From the NCBI GenBank assembly GCA_965205865.1, contig CBDBHR010000025.1, positions 32,001 to 96,000 of the forward strand: a stretch of 64,000 nucleotides of DNA, read 5' to 3'. The notes beneath the pieces were generated by a model. That model worked only from the letters and a program-made list of their open reading frames with translations, ran no database searches and had not been told where the DNA came from. Positions 30,760 through 40,724 of the stretch are shown one piece after another; positions within the stretch are counted from its first letter, which is position 1, and the number at the start of each line of letters is the position of its first letter. The stretch comes from a bacterium (lineage in GTDB: Bacteria > SAR324 > NAC60-12). The translations under genes and the position numbers were made by a program.

Positions 30760-31203
30760 TTATGCCAAGCAGTTTTCAAATTGAAAATCATCTCGTAATT
30801 TGGAAATACTGTTATAAATCTCATCGTTACTTACCAAAATACACTCTTCAACAATGGCTGTGCTGGCAAGCATAATATCGATATTGTGCCTTTTCATATT
30901 CTTTGAGCTGATCTTGCGGGTTTCTTTCAGTGATTTTTTTATTTCACCAAATTGCTTGGCTTGTGGTTTTGTCAATTCAAGAGTCGGATAATGATTCTCA
31001 ACTTCTTGAATGAGCTTCTCAATCCGTTCTTTCTCTTCCTGAGAGGAATTTTCAAGACTGTATGCCAGTTCGTAATGGCATAAAATGGATACGCAGAATT
31101 CACTTTCTCTGCGAGAGAGCATCTGCTCATTGATCACTTTCCAATATTTTGATTTTTCATCATAAAAATATGAAAGGATATTACTATCCGGCAGATACCG
31201 CAT
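30760..31203 (-). CDS. PIN domain (VapC-like) toxin
   Basis: YLPDSNILS, YEL, NIDIMLASTA, LVSND acidic PIN residues. Confidence 0.88.
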   Translation of the reverse strand: MRYLPDSNILSYFYDEKSKYWKVINEQMLSRRESEFCVSILCHYELAYSLENSSQEEKERIEKLIQEVENHYPTLELTKPQAKQFGEIKKSLKETRKISSKNMKRHNIDIMLASTAIVEECILVSNDEIYNSISKLRDDFQFENCLA

Positions 31204-31466
31204 TATTCGTCATGTTTAAATGAAAAATTATCCCTGAATTCTCGAGCAGTAGCGACTATTTGTGCTGAAGTTCCGTTAAGATCCACCTGATGCGCTTGAC
31301 GACTTTCAAATATCCGATCTACTTGAGTTTTACCGGATGACTCCTCTCGTTGAGTTTCTTCCTCTATCGCTTTATTGACAGTTGCCGTCAGAAATTCTTT
31401 TGGATCTTTTTTCTTGGCTTTTAATAGTGTCCAGGCAGATTCCGAGACCTCAATTTTGAGTTCCAT
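31203..31466 (-). CDS. Putative antitoxin coupled to the PIN gene
   Basis: 87 aa, AGAGGAG RBS, TAATG stop/start overlap with the PIN gene. Confidence 0.6.
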   Translation of the reverse strand: MELKIEVSESAWTLLKAKKKDPKEFLTATVNKAIEEETQREESSGKTQVDRIFESRQAHQVDLNGTSAQIVATAREFRDNFSFKHDE

Positions 31467-31676
31467 TTTTTGCTCCTCTCTTTGTGTTATCATATGTTTG
31501 ATAAATATTTTGGTTTCAATGGGATTCTGGTCATTTTTTAGCCAAATCAACCCATCAAATGAAACGGATCAACCCTCATTCCAGAGTGACCAACAGATGG
31601 CAAATGTAAATAACCAAAACATTTATAATATCGACACGCCTTCTTTTACCATAACTCCCATTTTTCTACCAGCTTG

Positions 31677-32188
31677 GAAAGGGTAGAGGCAGACAGGCAT
31701 TGTCCATTTAGGTTTGGCTTATCGGTTTCCGCCCCTTTCGTCTGACGGAGTCTTAATAGCCGAACTTTGTGTCTTCCTCCAGTCCGCCCTCATCAAACCA
31801 TGCATACGGTTTTCCCAGCTTTCCGATGTTCTTCATCTCAAAGCATGCGCCTTCTTCCAAGGAGCTGAAGTTGGAAGTTCCAGCCCAGCGAGAAATTCAC
31901 TCACCCCCTCAATGCTCTCTATTGCGCTAAAGCTCCTCCCATCTATGCCAGGGGAACCTTGATTGGCGCGAACAAGATGATAAGCATGGAGGAGATTATC
32001 CTGCCGATACATCTTGTCATAAAGCGCATAGAATCGGTACTCGGAATCTTGTTTGGCTTTGATATAAAGCTTCCTCTGTAACTTAAAACCCGGAATCACT
32101 TCCACGCTGCTCCATTGGCTACAAAGCTGTACGGATAATTACTTTGATGGGACTTTAACTCACTAGAAGATCGGTCGTTACCGCATAC
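31677..32188 (-). mobile_element. Internally deleted group II intron remnant
   Basis: 5' end-like GTATGCGGTAACGA; RT N-terminus LQRKLY..RFYALYDK..VRANQGSPGIDG fused to C-terminus KKAHALR*; degenerate domain V at ~31787-31824; domain VI ending ..CTCTACCCT. Confidence 0.8.
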
Positions 32189-32236
32189 GGTCAAATCTTA
32201 AATTGTCCTTCATAAAAGACAATTTAAGATTTGACC
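32189..32236. repeat. Perfect 19-bp inverted repeat, 10-nt loop
   Basis: GGTCAAATCTTAAATTGTC / GACAATTTAAGATTTGACC. Confidence 0.85.
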
Positions 32237-32242
32237 CCTTAA

Positions 32243-32530
32243 TTACGGGGATTTAAAAAAGAGCAGGCAAAACCATTGAAGCTTCGCTTGTCGGGTTTTT
32301 TCAGAATCTGGAAAAAAAACTGGACCCGCGTTAACCATCTGAATCATTGAAAAAAAATGTTGACATTGGTTTTACGGGGATTTAAAAAAGAGCAGGCAAA
32401 ACCATCGAAGCTTCGCTTGTCGGGTTTTTTCAGAATCTGGAAAAAAGACTGGACCCGCGTTGACCATCTGAATCATTGAAAAAAAGTGTTGACATTGGTT
32501 TTACGGGGTTTTAAAAAAGAACAGGCAAAA
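32243..32530 (+). repeat. Tandem repeat, 129-bp period, ~2.2 units, each with a sigma70-like promoter
   Basis: TTACGGGG at 32243, 32372 and 32501; TTGAC(A/C)-17-TAAAAA at each junction. Confidence 0.88.
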
Positions 32531-33293
32531 TCATGAAAGTCCATGGAATTGAAGCAAATCTCTTCTTATGGGCATCGATTGCAACAAAAAGTGTTTGACC
32601 TGAGAAAGATTCAATGTTAATTTTTTCCAAGATAGTCTCTGAATCTCTTTTTAAAAAAATGAAAATTAGAAGAAATGCAATTTTTTATCCAAGCAGCTTC
32701 TAAATATCTATTTCCCAAGGAGAGAAAGGCAATCAGGTGAGAAGTCGAATTTAAAATAATCTTGAAAAGAGGTTGATATGCGAGTAAACTTAATAAGTCC
32801 CAAGTCCCAAGTCCCAAGTCTATCAGACTCCAAGGCCCAAATTTCAAGTTTCAAGTCCCAAATTCCAACTGTACAGGTTCATTGGGTTCTACCCCTTTAT
32901 GCTATCTCGACCTCAGGGAGAGATTCTTGAGATTCCTCGTTCCAAGTTCTAAATTCCAAGTTCCAAATTCCGGAAACGGAAGGGCAAGGGGAAATTTGCA
33001 AAATCATGAATCCCAGTCCTTTTTTCGTTCATTTTTTCATCAGGAGATCAACATAAAGCGGAAACGATCCGCCTATTTTTCCCAATCATAAATTGTTATT
33101 GCATTTTTCTGCAGATTGTTTGGATCTGTTTTTTCTGATTTTAAATCAATGAGGATAAAATGAAAAAAATTATTATGAAGAAAATCGTTGCCTCCATCGT
33201 GGGGCTGAGCGTGGCAGGGGCCTTGTCTGCCGCAAAAAACCGATTCGCTCCATGGTGGGGTGAATTATTTTCTATCTCTGTAAAGGAGTTCAT

Positions 33294-35129
33294 ATGTATT
33301 TGAAGAAACTTGTCGCTTCCATCGCGGTGCTGAACCCGGCAGGCGCCTGGTCTGCTGTAAAACTGCAATCATTATTGCTCACCCTCACCCTGATGGTGAC
33401 CGCTTTCTGGGTCAGCCCGGCCGCAGCCCAGAAGTATGTGACCGACCCCACAACTGGTAAGGTCGTGACCGCTCCGGAATATGGCGGGACGTTAACCTAT
33501 CCCTATCAAAGAGTAGGCGATGATCAAGACCCCTTTTTTGCTGGCCAAGAACCGGGCTGGCTCATAGACGGCGTTAATGAGAAACTCGTCTACGGAAACT
33601 GGGAACTTAATAGGGAAGAATTTGACTTTAGAAGCCCTTACACCCCTGTGTTTGCTTTCACAGGGAATCTGGCGGAAAGCTGGGAAACGCCCGACCCACT
33701 GTCTTACATTTTCCATATCCGCCAGGGCCTTCACTACGCCCTTGATCCGGACAGTGAGGCCAGCCGCTTGGTAGCTGGTCGGGAGCTCACTGCCGAGGAT
33801 GTAGAACATTCCTTTCACCGTTTACTGGGCCTAGGCGACTTCACCGAAGACGGACCTAGTCCCTTTGCAAGCAAGCTCGCCGATCTGTCATGGGAATCGA
33901 TAACGGCCACCGACAAATGGACGGTTGTGTTTAAGCTGGAGGAGCCATCCTCCGGTGCGCTAAGGACTATCTTCCAGGACGCTTTGTGGTGGATATTACC
34001 CCCCGAGGTAATCGAGAAATACGGCGACTATAGTGATTGGAAGAACGTGGTCGGCACCGGACCCTTTATGCTGACCGACTACGTCGAAGGCGTCTCTAAA
34101 ACCTATACCAAGAATCCTGACTACTGGGGCTACGACGAAAAATACCCGGAGAACCGCCTGCCCTATATTGACCAGTTAAGGGCCCTCTATATAAAAGACG
34201 AAGCAACGCGTCTCTCGGCACTGCGCACGGGTAAGGTTGATGGAATACTACATGCCGGCATCGTTGACATAAGCTCCCTTGACGTGGTAAGGAGTCTCCA
34301 GAATACCAACCCCGAAATCGAGATATGGGCACATGTCCAGCGGTCGTTTGGTTTTGCTCTGAACATTCGCAACGCGCCCTTTGACGACATCAGGGTGCGC
34401 CACGCAATGCAGATGGCACTGGACCTTCCGACAATTGTCGCTACCTACTATGCCGGTTTAATAAGTTGGGAACCTCGTGGGCTTATTGGCAGCCCGGGGA
34501 ATTACACTCCATTTGCAGAGTGGACCGAAGAGATCAAGCAATACTACCGGTATGACCCGGAAGGGGCCGAAGCGTTACTTGATGAGGCCGGCTATCCGCG
34601 CGGCGCGGACGGCGTTCGATTCAAGGTCGACTATCAGCATCGCGACATCATAGATTTAGGCTATTTTGAAATAGCTCTCGCCTACTTGGCTGAAATTGGC
34701 GTTGATATAACGATTAATATTCTTGACTCGGCGACTTATGGCGCTAACTTAGCAAAACATAATTATGAGATGAGCACTGGCAACTTTGCCTTTGCTCAGC
34801 CCCCTGCCTGGGCCATGGACTCTTATCGCTCGGACGTCGACATTATGCGCGAGTTCTCGGGCGGAGTCGAGACCCCTGAGTTGACCGCCGCGCATGATGC
34901 TTATTACGCCGCTTCCACCGAGGAGGGGCGGATGAAAGCATTTAGAGAGTTTGAAATGGCCCTGGTGAAGCACCACCCTCATATATGGGCTCCCATGGCT
35001 CCACTGTTTCAGGCGAACAATCCATGGGTCAAAGGTTATAACGGTGAATACGCGATGGGAAACTTGCTGCATCATACGATCTACGCCCGCCTCTGGATTG
35101 ACCAGGAGTTGAAGGACAGGACCCAGTAA
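33294..35129 (+). CDS. Family 5 ABC substrate-binding protein; SBP3
   Basis: Signal peptide ending in PAAAQ, NLAESWE, VGTGPF, PFDDIRVRHAM, AEALLDEAGY; AAGGAG RBS. Confidence 0.92.
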   Translation: MYLKKLVASIAVLNPAGAWSAVKLQSLLLTLTLMVTAFWVSPAAAQKYVTDPTTGKVVTAPEYGGTLTYPYQRVGDDQDPFFAGQEPGWLIDGVNEKLVYGNWELNREEFDFRSPYTPVFAFTGNLAESWETPDPLSYIFHIRQGLHYALDPDSEASRLVAGRELTAEDVEHSFHRLLGLGDFTEDGPSPFASKLADLSWESITATDKWTVVFKLEEPSSGALRTIFQDALWWILPPEVIEKYGDYSDWKNVVGTGPFMLTDYVEGVSKTYTKNPDYWGYDEKYPENRLPYIDQLRALYIKDEATRLSALRTGKVDGILHAGIVDISSLDVVRSLQNTNPEIEIWAHVQRSFGFALNIRNAPFDDIRVRHAMQMALDLPTIVATYYAGLISWEPRGLIGSPGNYTPFAEWTEEIKQYYRYDPEGAEALLDEAGYPRGADGVRFKVDYQHRDIIDLGYFEIALAYLAEIGVDITINILDSATYGANLAKHNYEMSTGNFAFAQPPAWAMDSYRSDVDIMREFSGGVETPELTAAHDAYYAASTEEGRMKAFREFEMALVKHHPHIWAPMAPLFQANNPWVKGYNGEYAMGNLLHHTIYARLWIDQELKDRTQ

Positions 35130-35230
35130 CAGGTCGACTGGAAGTACTTGTGGACCGGGCAGTACTGCCTGGTCCACTCCAGGATACCCCACGTTTCCCT
35201 GCTAATTTTAAAAATAATGAGGTCCGTCCC

Positions 35231-36193
35231 ATGAGTGCCTATCTCACCAGGCGGCTATTGCTGCTGATCCCCACCCTGTTTCTCTTGAGCATCCTCGTCT
35301 TTCTCTCGGTGCGCTTCATCCCGGGGGATGTCATAGACGTAATAGTGGGTAGGATGGATATGGGGGGTGGGTATGGCAGGGTTGACCGTGAAGCTCTTGA
35401 GCATATGCTGGGACTGGACGTGCCGGTCTGGGTGCAGTATGGACGCTGGATGGGAGGGATCTTGCTGCACGGCACCCTTGGCGGATCACTGTATGGCGGT
35501 TGGCCGGTAGAGGAGCGGCTCTTCGATCGTTTGCCCGTCACTCTGGAGCTGGGCCTCATGGCCATCGTCATCGGACTGGTCATCGCGCTGCCCGTCGGCA
35601 TTTACTCGGCGATTCGCCAGGATACGGTCGCGGACTACGCGGGGCGCATCCTCGCAATCCTCGGCCTGGCCACCCCCAACTTCTGGCTGGGCATTATGGT
35701 GATGATCTACCCGGCCATCTGGTGGGGCTGGTCTCCCCCGATGGAACACATGCCTTTTACGGAAGACCCGCTGAGGAATCTCGGCATCTTCATCATTCCC
35801 AGCCTGATTCTGGGAACGGCCCTCTCGGCCAGCACCATGCGCCTGACGCGCACCATGATGCTGGAGGTGCTGCGGCAGGACTATATCCGCACCGCCTGGG
35901 CCAAGGGGCTCCAGGAGCGGACTGTCGTGCTGAGACACGCCATCAAAAATGCCCTCATCCCGGTCGTCACCCTGGTCGGCTTGCAGTTGCCGCTCGTGGT
36001 CGGGGGCGCTGTGATCATGGAGAACCTCTTTAACCTGCCGGGTTTAGGCCGTCTCCTGGTGGACGCCCTCTCAGAGAGGGATTACCCGGTGGTCTCCGGG
36101 GTCAACCTGTTTTTCGCCTGTGTCGTTTTGTTGAACAACCTCTTCATCGACCTCCTTTATGCCTATTTGGATCCCAGGGTGCGGTATGAATAA
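35231..36193 (+). CDS. ABC transporter permease (DppB/OppB-like)
   Basis: Paralog of 27469-28470; QDYIRTAWAKG, LDPRVRY. Confidence 0.93.
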   Translation: MSAYLTRRLLLLIPTLFLLSILVFLSVRFIPGDVIDVIVGRMDMGGGYGRVDREALEHMLGLDVPVWVQYGRWMGGILLHGTLGGSLYGGWPVEERLFDRLPVTLELGLMAIVIGLVIALPVGIYSAIRQDTVADYAGRILAILGLATPNFWLGIMVMIYPAIWWGWSPPMEHMPFTEDPLRNLGIFIIPSLILGTALSASTMRLTRTMMLEVLRQDYIRTAWAKGLQERTVVLRHAIKNALIPVVTLVGLQLPLVVGGAVIMENLFNLPGLGRLLVDALSERDYPVVSGVNLFFACVVLLNNLFIDLLYAYLDPRVRYE

Positions 36194-36231
36194 TCGTTAT
36201 GCTTCTGGTAAATACAGGTTTGAGATTCGTC

Positions 36232-36578
36232 TGTCAGAAGAAGTCCCGGAGAGACGAAAGGAAGTAGCCCAGCGATTCATCGCTGGGAATAAATGACAGT
36301 CTCCTTTGTCAGCAGAAGTCCCGGAGGGACGAAAGGAAGTAGCCCAGCGATTCATCGCTGGGAATAAATGACAGTCTCCTTCAAAGTCCCGGAGGGACGA
36401 CACAACAATGAGGTTTCATGTTCCATGCAAGCATAATTTCGAATATGATGAGCGTTATATTTAGCAGTAACTCGCTAGATCGAAGAAGTGTCGTCCCTCT
36501 GGGACTAGCTGAGGAGGAGGGAGTTTCCCTTTCCCAGCAATGAATTGCTGGGCTATTCCCTTTTGTCCCTCCAGGACT
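36232..36578. mobile_element. REP/IS200-like palindromic element with collapsed transposase
   Basis: 75-bp tandem unit GTCCCGGAGRGAC..CCCAGCGATTCATCGCTGGG, inverted counterpart at 36488-36578, and a short internal KHNFEYDERYI* resembling a Y1 transposase C-terminus. Confidence 0.6.
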
Positions 36579-36600
36579 GTGTTATAGAAAAATCGAGAAC

Positions 36601-37569
36601 ATGAGCAACACCCAAGAAACACCATCAGTAGAAAGTATGCCCAAGCGACGGGGCCGGTTTGCAGATTTCTTCATCAGGCTTCTCAAGGAGAAACCCCTCG
36701 GGATGCTCGGCGGGGTGATCATCCTGCTCTTGATCGGGCTCAGTCTCTTTGCCGATGCGCTGGCGCCTTATCCTTATAATAAAATCCACTTGAGAGACCG
36801 GATGCAGGAGGCCTCGGCCCAATATCTCCTCGGGACCGACCACGTCGGGCGGGACTTGTTGAGCCGCCTGATCCACGGGGCGCGGATTTCCTTAGGAGTC
36901 GGTCTGGCCGCGACCACGCTCAATGTGCTCGTCGCGCTCCTGGTCGGCGGCGTTTCCGGATTCCTGGGAGGGAAACTGGACCTGGCCATGCAGCGCCTGG
37001 TCGATGCCTGGATCGCCTTTCCGGGACTACTGTTGTTGTTGACCATCATGTCCATCGTGGGACAGGGGTTGCTCCAGATCATCATGGTGCTGGGGATCGC
37101 CGGTGGGGTTGAAGGTTCCCGAGTCGTGCGGGGCGCGGTGATCGCCATTAAAGAGAATGATTACTTTCTGGCGGCGAAAGCCCTGGGCAGTCCTTTGCCC
37201 ACCACCCTGAGACGGCATGTGCTGCCCAATATCATGCCGCCCCTCATCATCATCTTCTCCATCAACATTGGTGCCGTCATTATGTCAGAGGCGGCGCTGA
37301 GCTTCCTCGGCTTCGGTCTGCCCCCGAACATTCCCAGTTGGGGAGGCATGCTCAGCCGGGAAGGACGGCTCTACATGGAGATGGCCCCCTGGCTGGCGCT
37401 CTGGCCCGGGCTATGCCTGACGATGGTCGTTTTCAGTCTCAACATGTTCGGCGATGCCATGAGAGATCTGCTCGACCCCCGGCTGCGGGGCGGTGAAGGT
37501 AGCTACGGCGCCGCGAAGAGGAAACGCAAACGAGGTCTCTTGGCCCGACTGATCAATCCGTTCTCTTAG
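36601..37569 (+). CDS. ABC transporter permease (DppC/OppC-like)
   Basis: Paralog of 28487-29455; LGTDHVGRD, RHVLPN, EAALSFLG. Confidence 0.93.
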   Translation: MSNTQETPSVESMPKRRGRFADFFIRLLKEKPLGMLGGVIILLLIGLSLFADALAPYPYNKIHLRDRMQEASAQYLLGTDHVGRDLLSRLIHGARISLGVGLAATTLNVLVALLVGGVSGFLGGKLDLAMQRLVDAWIAFPGLLLLLTIMSIVGQGLLQIIMVLGIAGGVEGSRVVRGAVIAIKENDYFLAAKALGSPLPTTLRRHVLPNIMPPLIIIFSINIGAVIMSEAALSFLGFGLPPNIPSWGGMLSREGRLYMEMAPWLALWPGLCLTMVVFSLNMFGDAMRDLLDPRLRGGEGSYGAAKRKRKRGLLARLINPFS

Positions 37570-37620
37570 GAGGAACCCTCTCCCCAATCGAATCGCAAAA
37601 CTTCCGGATAAGGAGTGAAA

Positions 37621-37800
37621 ATGAGCAACTTATTCGATCTCACAGGAGCATTAGGAGACCAAAAGCGAAAAATTAAATTATCTCTGACACACCAGCCGGT
37701 CGGATAGGGGAACCCGAAGACATAACCGGAGCGGCTGTATTTCTTATTTCCGGAGCATCAGACTTTGTGACTGGGATTTACATCCACGTAGACGGAAGAA
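37621..37800 (+). pseudogene. SDR remnant (both ends only)
   Basis: AAGGAG RBS plus MSNLFDLTG, followed closely by [30 protein letters not shown]. Confidence 0.7.
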
Positions 37801-37845
37801 GAAATTCTCGAGACATGGCTTGGCCACCAAATCCTGGCCAGCGAG

Positions 37846-38455
37846 GGTAGATCCATTTTTCAATCTTTGATGATTCAATGGAGGTATATATGGTTCTCAA
37901 ACCAGTCCGCTGCCCCTCTTGCCTGGGCACTGAAGTCGTGAAACATGGCAAAAGCTCTGAAGGCAAGCAAAGATATCTTTGTCAGTGTCAATTTTGTTCC
38001 TGTCAAACCTTTATTTTAGATTATTCATATAAGGGTCGCCTGGCAGAAACGAAACAACAAATTATTGAGATGGCCCTCAATGGCAGAGGCATTCGAGACA
38101 CCTCTCGGGTTCTGGGGATCAGCACTGCCACCGTCATTAATGAATTAAAAAAAAGAAGCCGATCTCGATTCGGTGAATCTGAATTTACTCCATCAACTCG
38201 ACCCCAATGAAATAACAATCAAGATTGTCAAAGTTGAAGAGGCTGAAATGGATGAGATGTGGAGTTTTGTAGGAAAGAAACAACAGCAGCGCTGGTTGTG
38301 GCAGGCCATTGATCACAAAACAAGTCAAGTCTAAGCTTATGTCTCAGGAAGCCGAAAAGATGAGGTTTTTCTCAAGTTGAAACAACTCCTCAAACCTTTT
38401 GGCATTCCATGTTTTTATAGCGATGACTGGTGAGCCTGCGAGCGAGACCTCGACC
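37846..38455 (+). mobile_element. IS1 family element, truncated and inactivated
   Basis: InsA zinc finger CPSC..GKQRYLC and HTH from 37890; A8G run at 38147-38155; InsB EMDEMWSFVG..WLW with stops at 38332 and 38431; right end missing. Confidence 0.88.
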
Positions 38456-38724
38456 CTCGGCTGTGAGGCGGCATGGCCCGCTTTGTGCTTGCCAAAAAGA
38501 AAAAATAAGAGGAAAGATCACCAGAGTCAAGAATCTCCCCTGGCTCACATTATTGTAATGAGAGTCAGTTAAGTTTATGAAAATCATATTCTTTTGCTTT
38601 GCGCTGTCCGCATCGCGACACTCAGTGGAGTAAAGAATTTTGCTAAAAAAGGGGCTTAAGCTGAAGCAGAACACCCGCTGAGGTCTAAGGTGACTGAATA
38701 AAGACAAATCAGAAAGGATTGTTT

Positions 38725-39807
38725 ATGCTTACCAAAAAATGGTCGGAATGGCGCACTTGGGAGAATTGGAAGAAAATGGCCTCTCAGCAGATCGAAGAGC
38801 GTGGCCTTTCTAAAAATCTGGATGAGATTGAAGAGCAGGGATTCACCGTGATCACCCCTGAACAAATGGGCGACCCTCTCCTGTTTGAGCAAACCAGAGA
38901 AGCGCTCTTAAGGGTTGCGGAAGAATTCACCGGGGTGAGGCCCAATGAGGAGACCGGGGAACATGGTTTCACCGACAACATGGGCACTAACCAAGCCCAA
39001 AATTGGTATTTTGGGTTTCTGGAAAAGGATCCGGTCTTTGAAGAAATCATCCAACATCCCTTGACCCAGCCCTTGATTGACTATTATCTGGGGCCCGGTT
39101 GTCTGCTTTCCGCCTTCAACGGGATTCTCAAGTGGAAGGACCCGGTCGGCTATGGGAACACTCTGGGCTTTCATGCCGATACCCACCTCTATCCCTTTGA
39201 ACCCCTCCCCGATCCTCCCATGGTGTTCAATACGAACTGGTGTCTTACCGATTATACCAAAGACGACGGCGCACTGGCAGTCGTGCCGGGATCCCACAAA
39301 TTCCGCCGCCACCCCAGGCCGGGTGAGGGGGTGGATCAGGCGTTCGCCGTCGAAGCGCCCGCGGGTTCGGTCATTGTTTTCCACGGCACCCTCTGGCATG
39401 GGGCCTTCCCCCGGATCAATCCAGGATTGCGGTTGGCAGTCACCGCTTATTACAGTGCCTTCTACTGTCGCCCGCAAGAGCATTTCCCCGGCCGGATTTC
39501 GGAAGAAAGTCTGGCCCGCAATGGGGAGCGGTTTCGTCAACTGCTCAAAATCGATGAATTCTGGAACTTTGAGGATCCTCGTGGCCCCATTCCCCGGCGG
39601 GAGCGAACCTCCGGAAAAACGTATCACCAAATCATGGGTCAGATCGTCAGCCACCATGGGCAAAAGTATCGCGTTGAGATGGATCACTCCATCGTCAATC
39701 ATGCGGGGGGAGTGCGCTACATCCCCATCAATGCCGACGAAAATGAGGAATTACTCGATCAGTCCAAGGAAATGACCGACCTCCCGCCGGGACTAGAAAC
39801 CCAATGA
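38725..39807 (+). CDS. Phytanoyl-CoA dioxygenase (PhyH) family Fe(II)/2OG oxygenase
   Basis: HAD facial-triad start, LTDYT..GALAVVPGSH, G.LWHG, LR motif. Confidence 0.88.
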   Translation: MLTKKWSEWRTWENWKKMASQQIEERGLSKNLDEIEEQGFTVITPEQMGDPLLFEQTREALLRVAEEFTGVRPNEETGEHGFTDNMGTNQAQNWYFGFLEKDPVFEEIIQHPLTQPLIDYYLGPGCLLSAFNGILKWKDPVGYGNTLGFHADTHLYPFEPLPDPPMVFNTNWCLTDYTKDDGALAVVPGSHKFRRHPRPGEGVDQAFAVEAPAGSVIVFHGTLWHGAFPRINPGLRLAVTAYYSAFYCRPQEHFPGRISEESLARNGERFRQLLKIDEFWNFEDPRGPIPRRERTSGKTYHQIMGQIVSHHGQKYRVEMDHSIVNHAGGVRYIPINADENEELLDQSKEMTDLPPGLETQ

Positions 39808-40150
39808 TAAGGAAAAGCGCAGGATAGTGGAGGTGGGAATGATCAGTGGCAGCCTTCTGAATTGATGATTATTGAAAATCAGCACTTAACAAAAAAAAGG
39901 GATTTCAAGAAAAGGAGGACAGTGAAAAAATCTATGAAACATTTTGCCGTTGAGGCAAGATTATACATGAATGCCTTGAACGCTTCTTTTCAAGAGCTAC
40001 ACGCCATCAATGCCACTCCTGCTTGAAGAATTCATTTTGGGCAAGGAGTGTTGCCTGAAATATTTGTCACAATTATTCTTCTGGATTGATTGCTTTGAAG
40101 AGTTCTTTGTGTTATTATGCTTCTCTTGTCTCAATCGCGAGACGACTATA

Positions 40151-40508
40151 ATGGCATTTGATACTCATACTTGATCAAAGAACCACAGACAGTCGGTTTT
40201 ACGGAAGCCCGAACCCAAGTTCAGGCAGAGACCCTTTTAATGCGCATAGACGATGACTTTGCAAGCAAACATGATATCGCACTGGTCCGCCATGAAACCG
40301 AACTGCTCCGACGGGAAGTCAGGGAATTAGAAACAAGGATGGAGGCTCGAATTTAAAATTTGAAACCGCAATAAAGGTCCGATTCACGGAATCGGATACT
40401 TGATTGAAGGAATTTGAAACCGGAATGGAGCTTCGTTCGACGACACGCCCGGGTGGAATGCCGGTTGTCGGCATCGCCGTGGACGCCCCGTTGGTCAAAC
40501 TGTCATAA
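40151..40508 (+). pseudogene. DUF1640/CCDC90-like coiled-coil protein remnant
   Basis: MAFDTH, then frameshifted GFTEA..ASKHDI..ELETRM and a hydrophobic tail ..LVKLS*. Confidence 0.55.
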
Positions 40509-40724
40509 CCTTCCCACACCACACCTCATTTTTTTCTTTCCATAGACAGAAATCTCACAGGTTGCGTGGTGCAGCAGAAGAACTGTTGCTTCCTTGGAAG
40601 CCGCTCTGCCTGAATATGGAATTGGGTGGCCAGCGGTGAACAGGCCGGACTTTTATATTGCGCTGTTATGGATAGCATCATCACCATTCACAATCTTAAT
40701 TTAAAAATAAAATTCAGGAAATTA

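Noticed and set aside
6337-32105. Diversity-generating retroelement (Avd-like gene plus RT)
   Set aside because: The RT fragment is group II intron type, lacks the catalytic core and lies 25 kb away; I saw no TR/VR pair differing at adenines.
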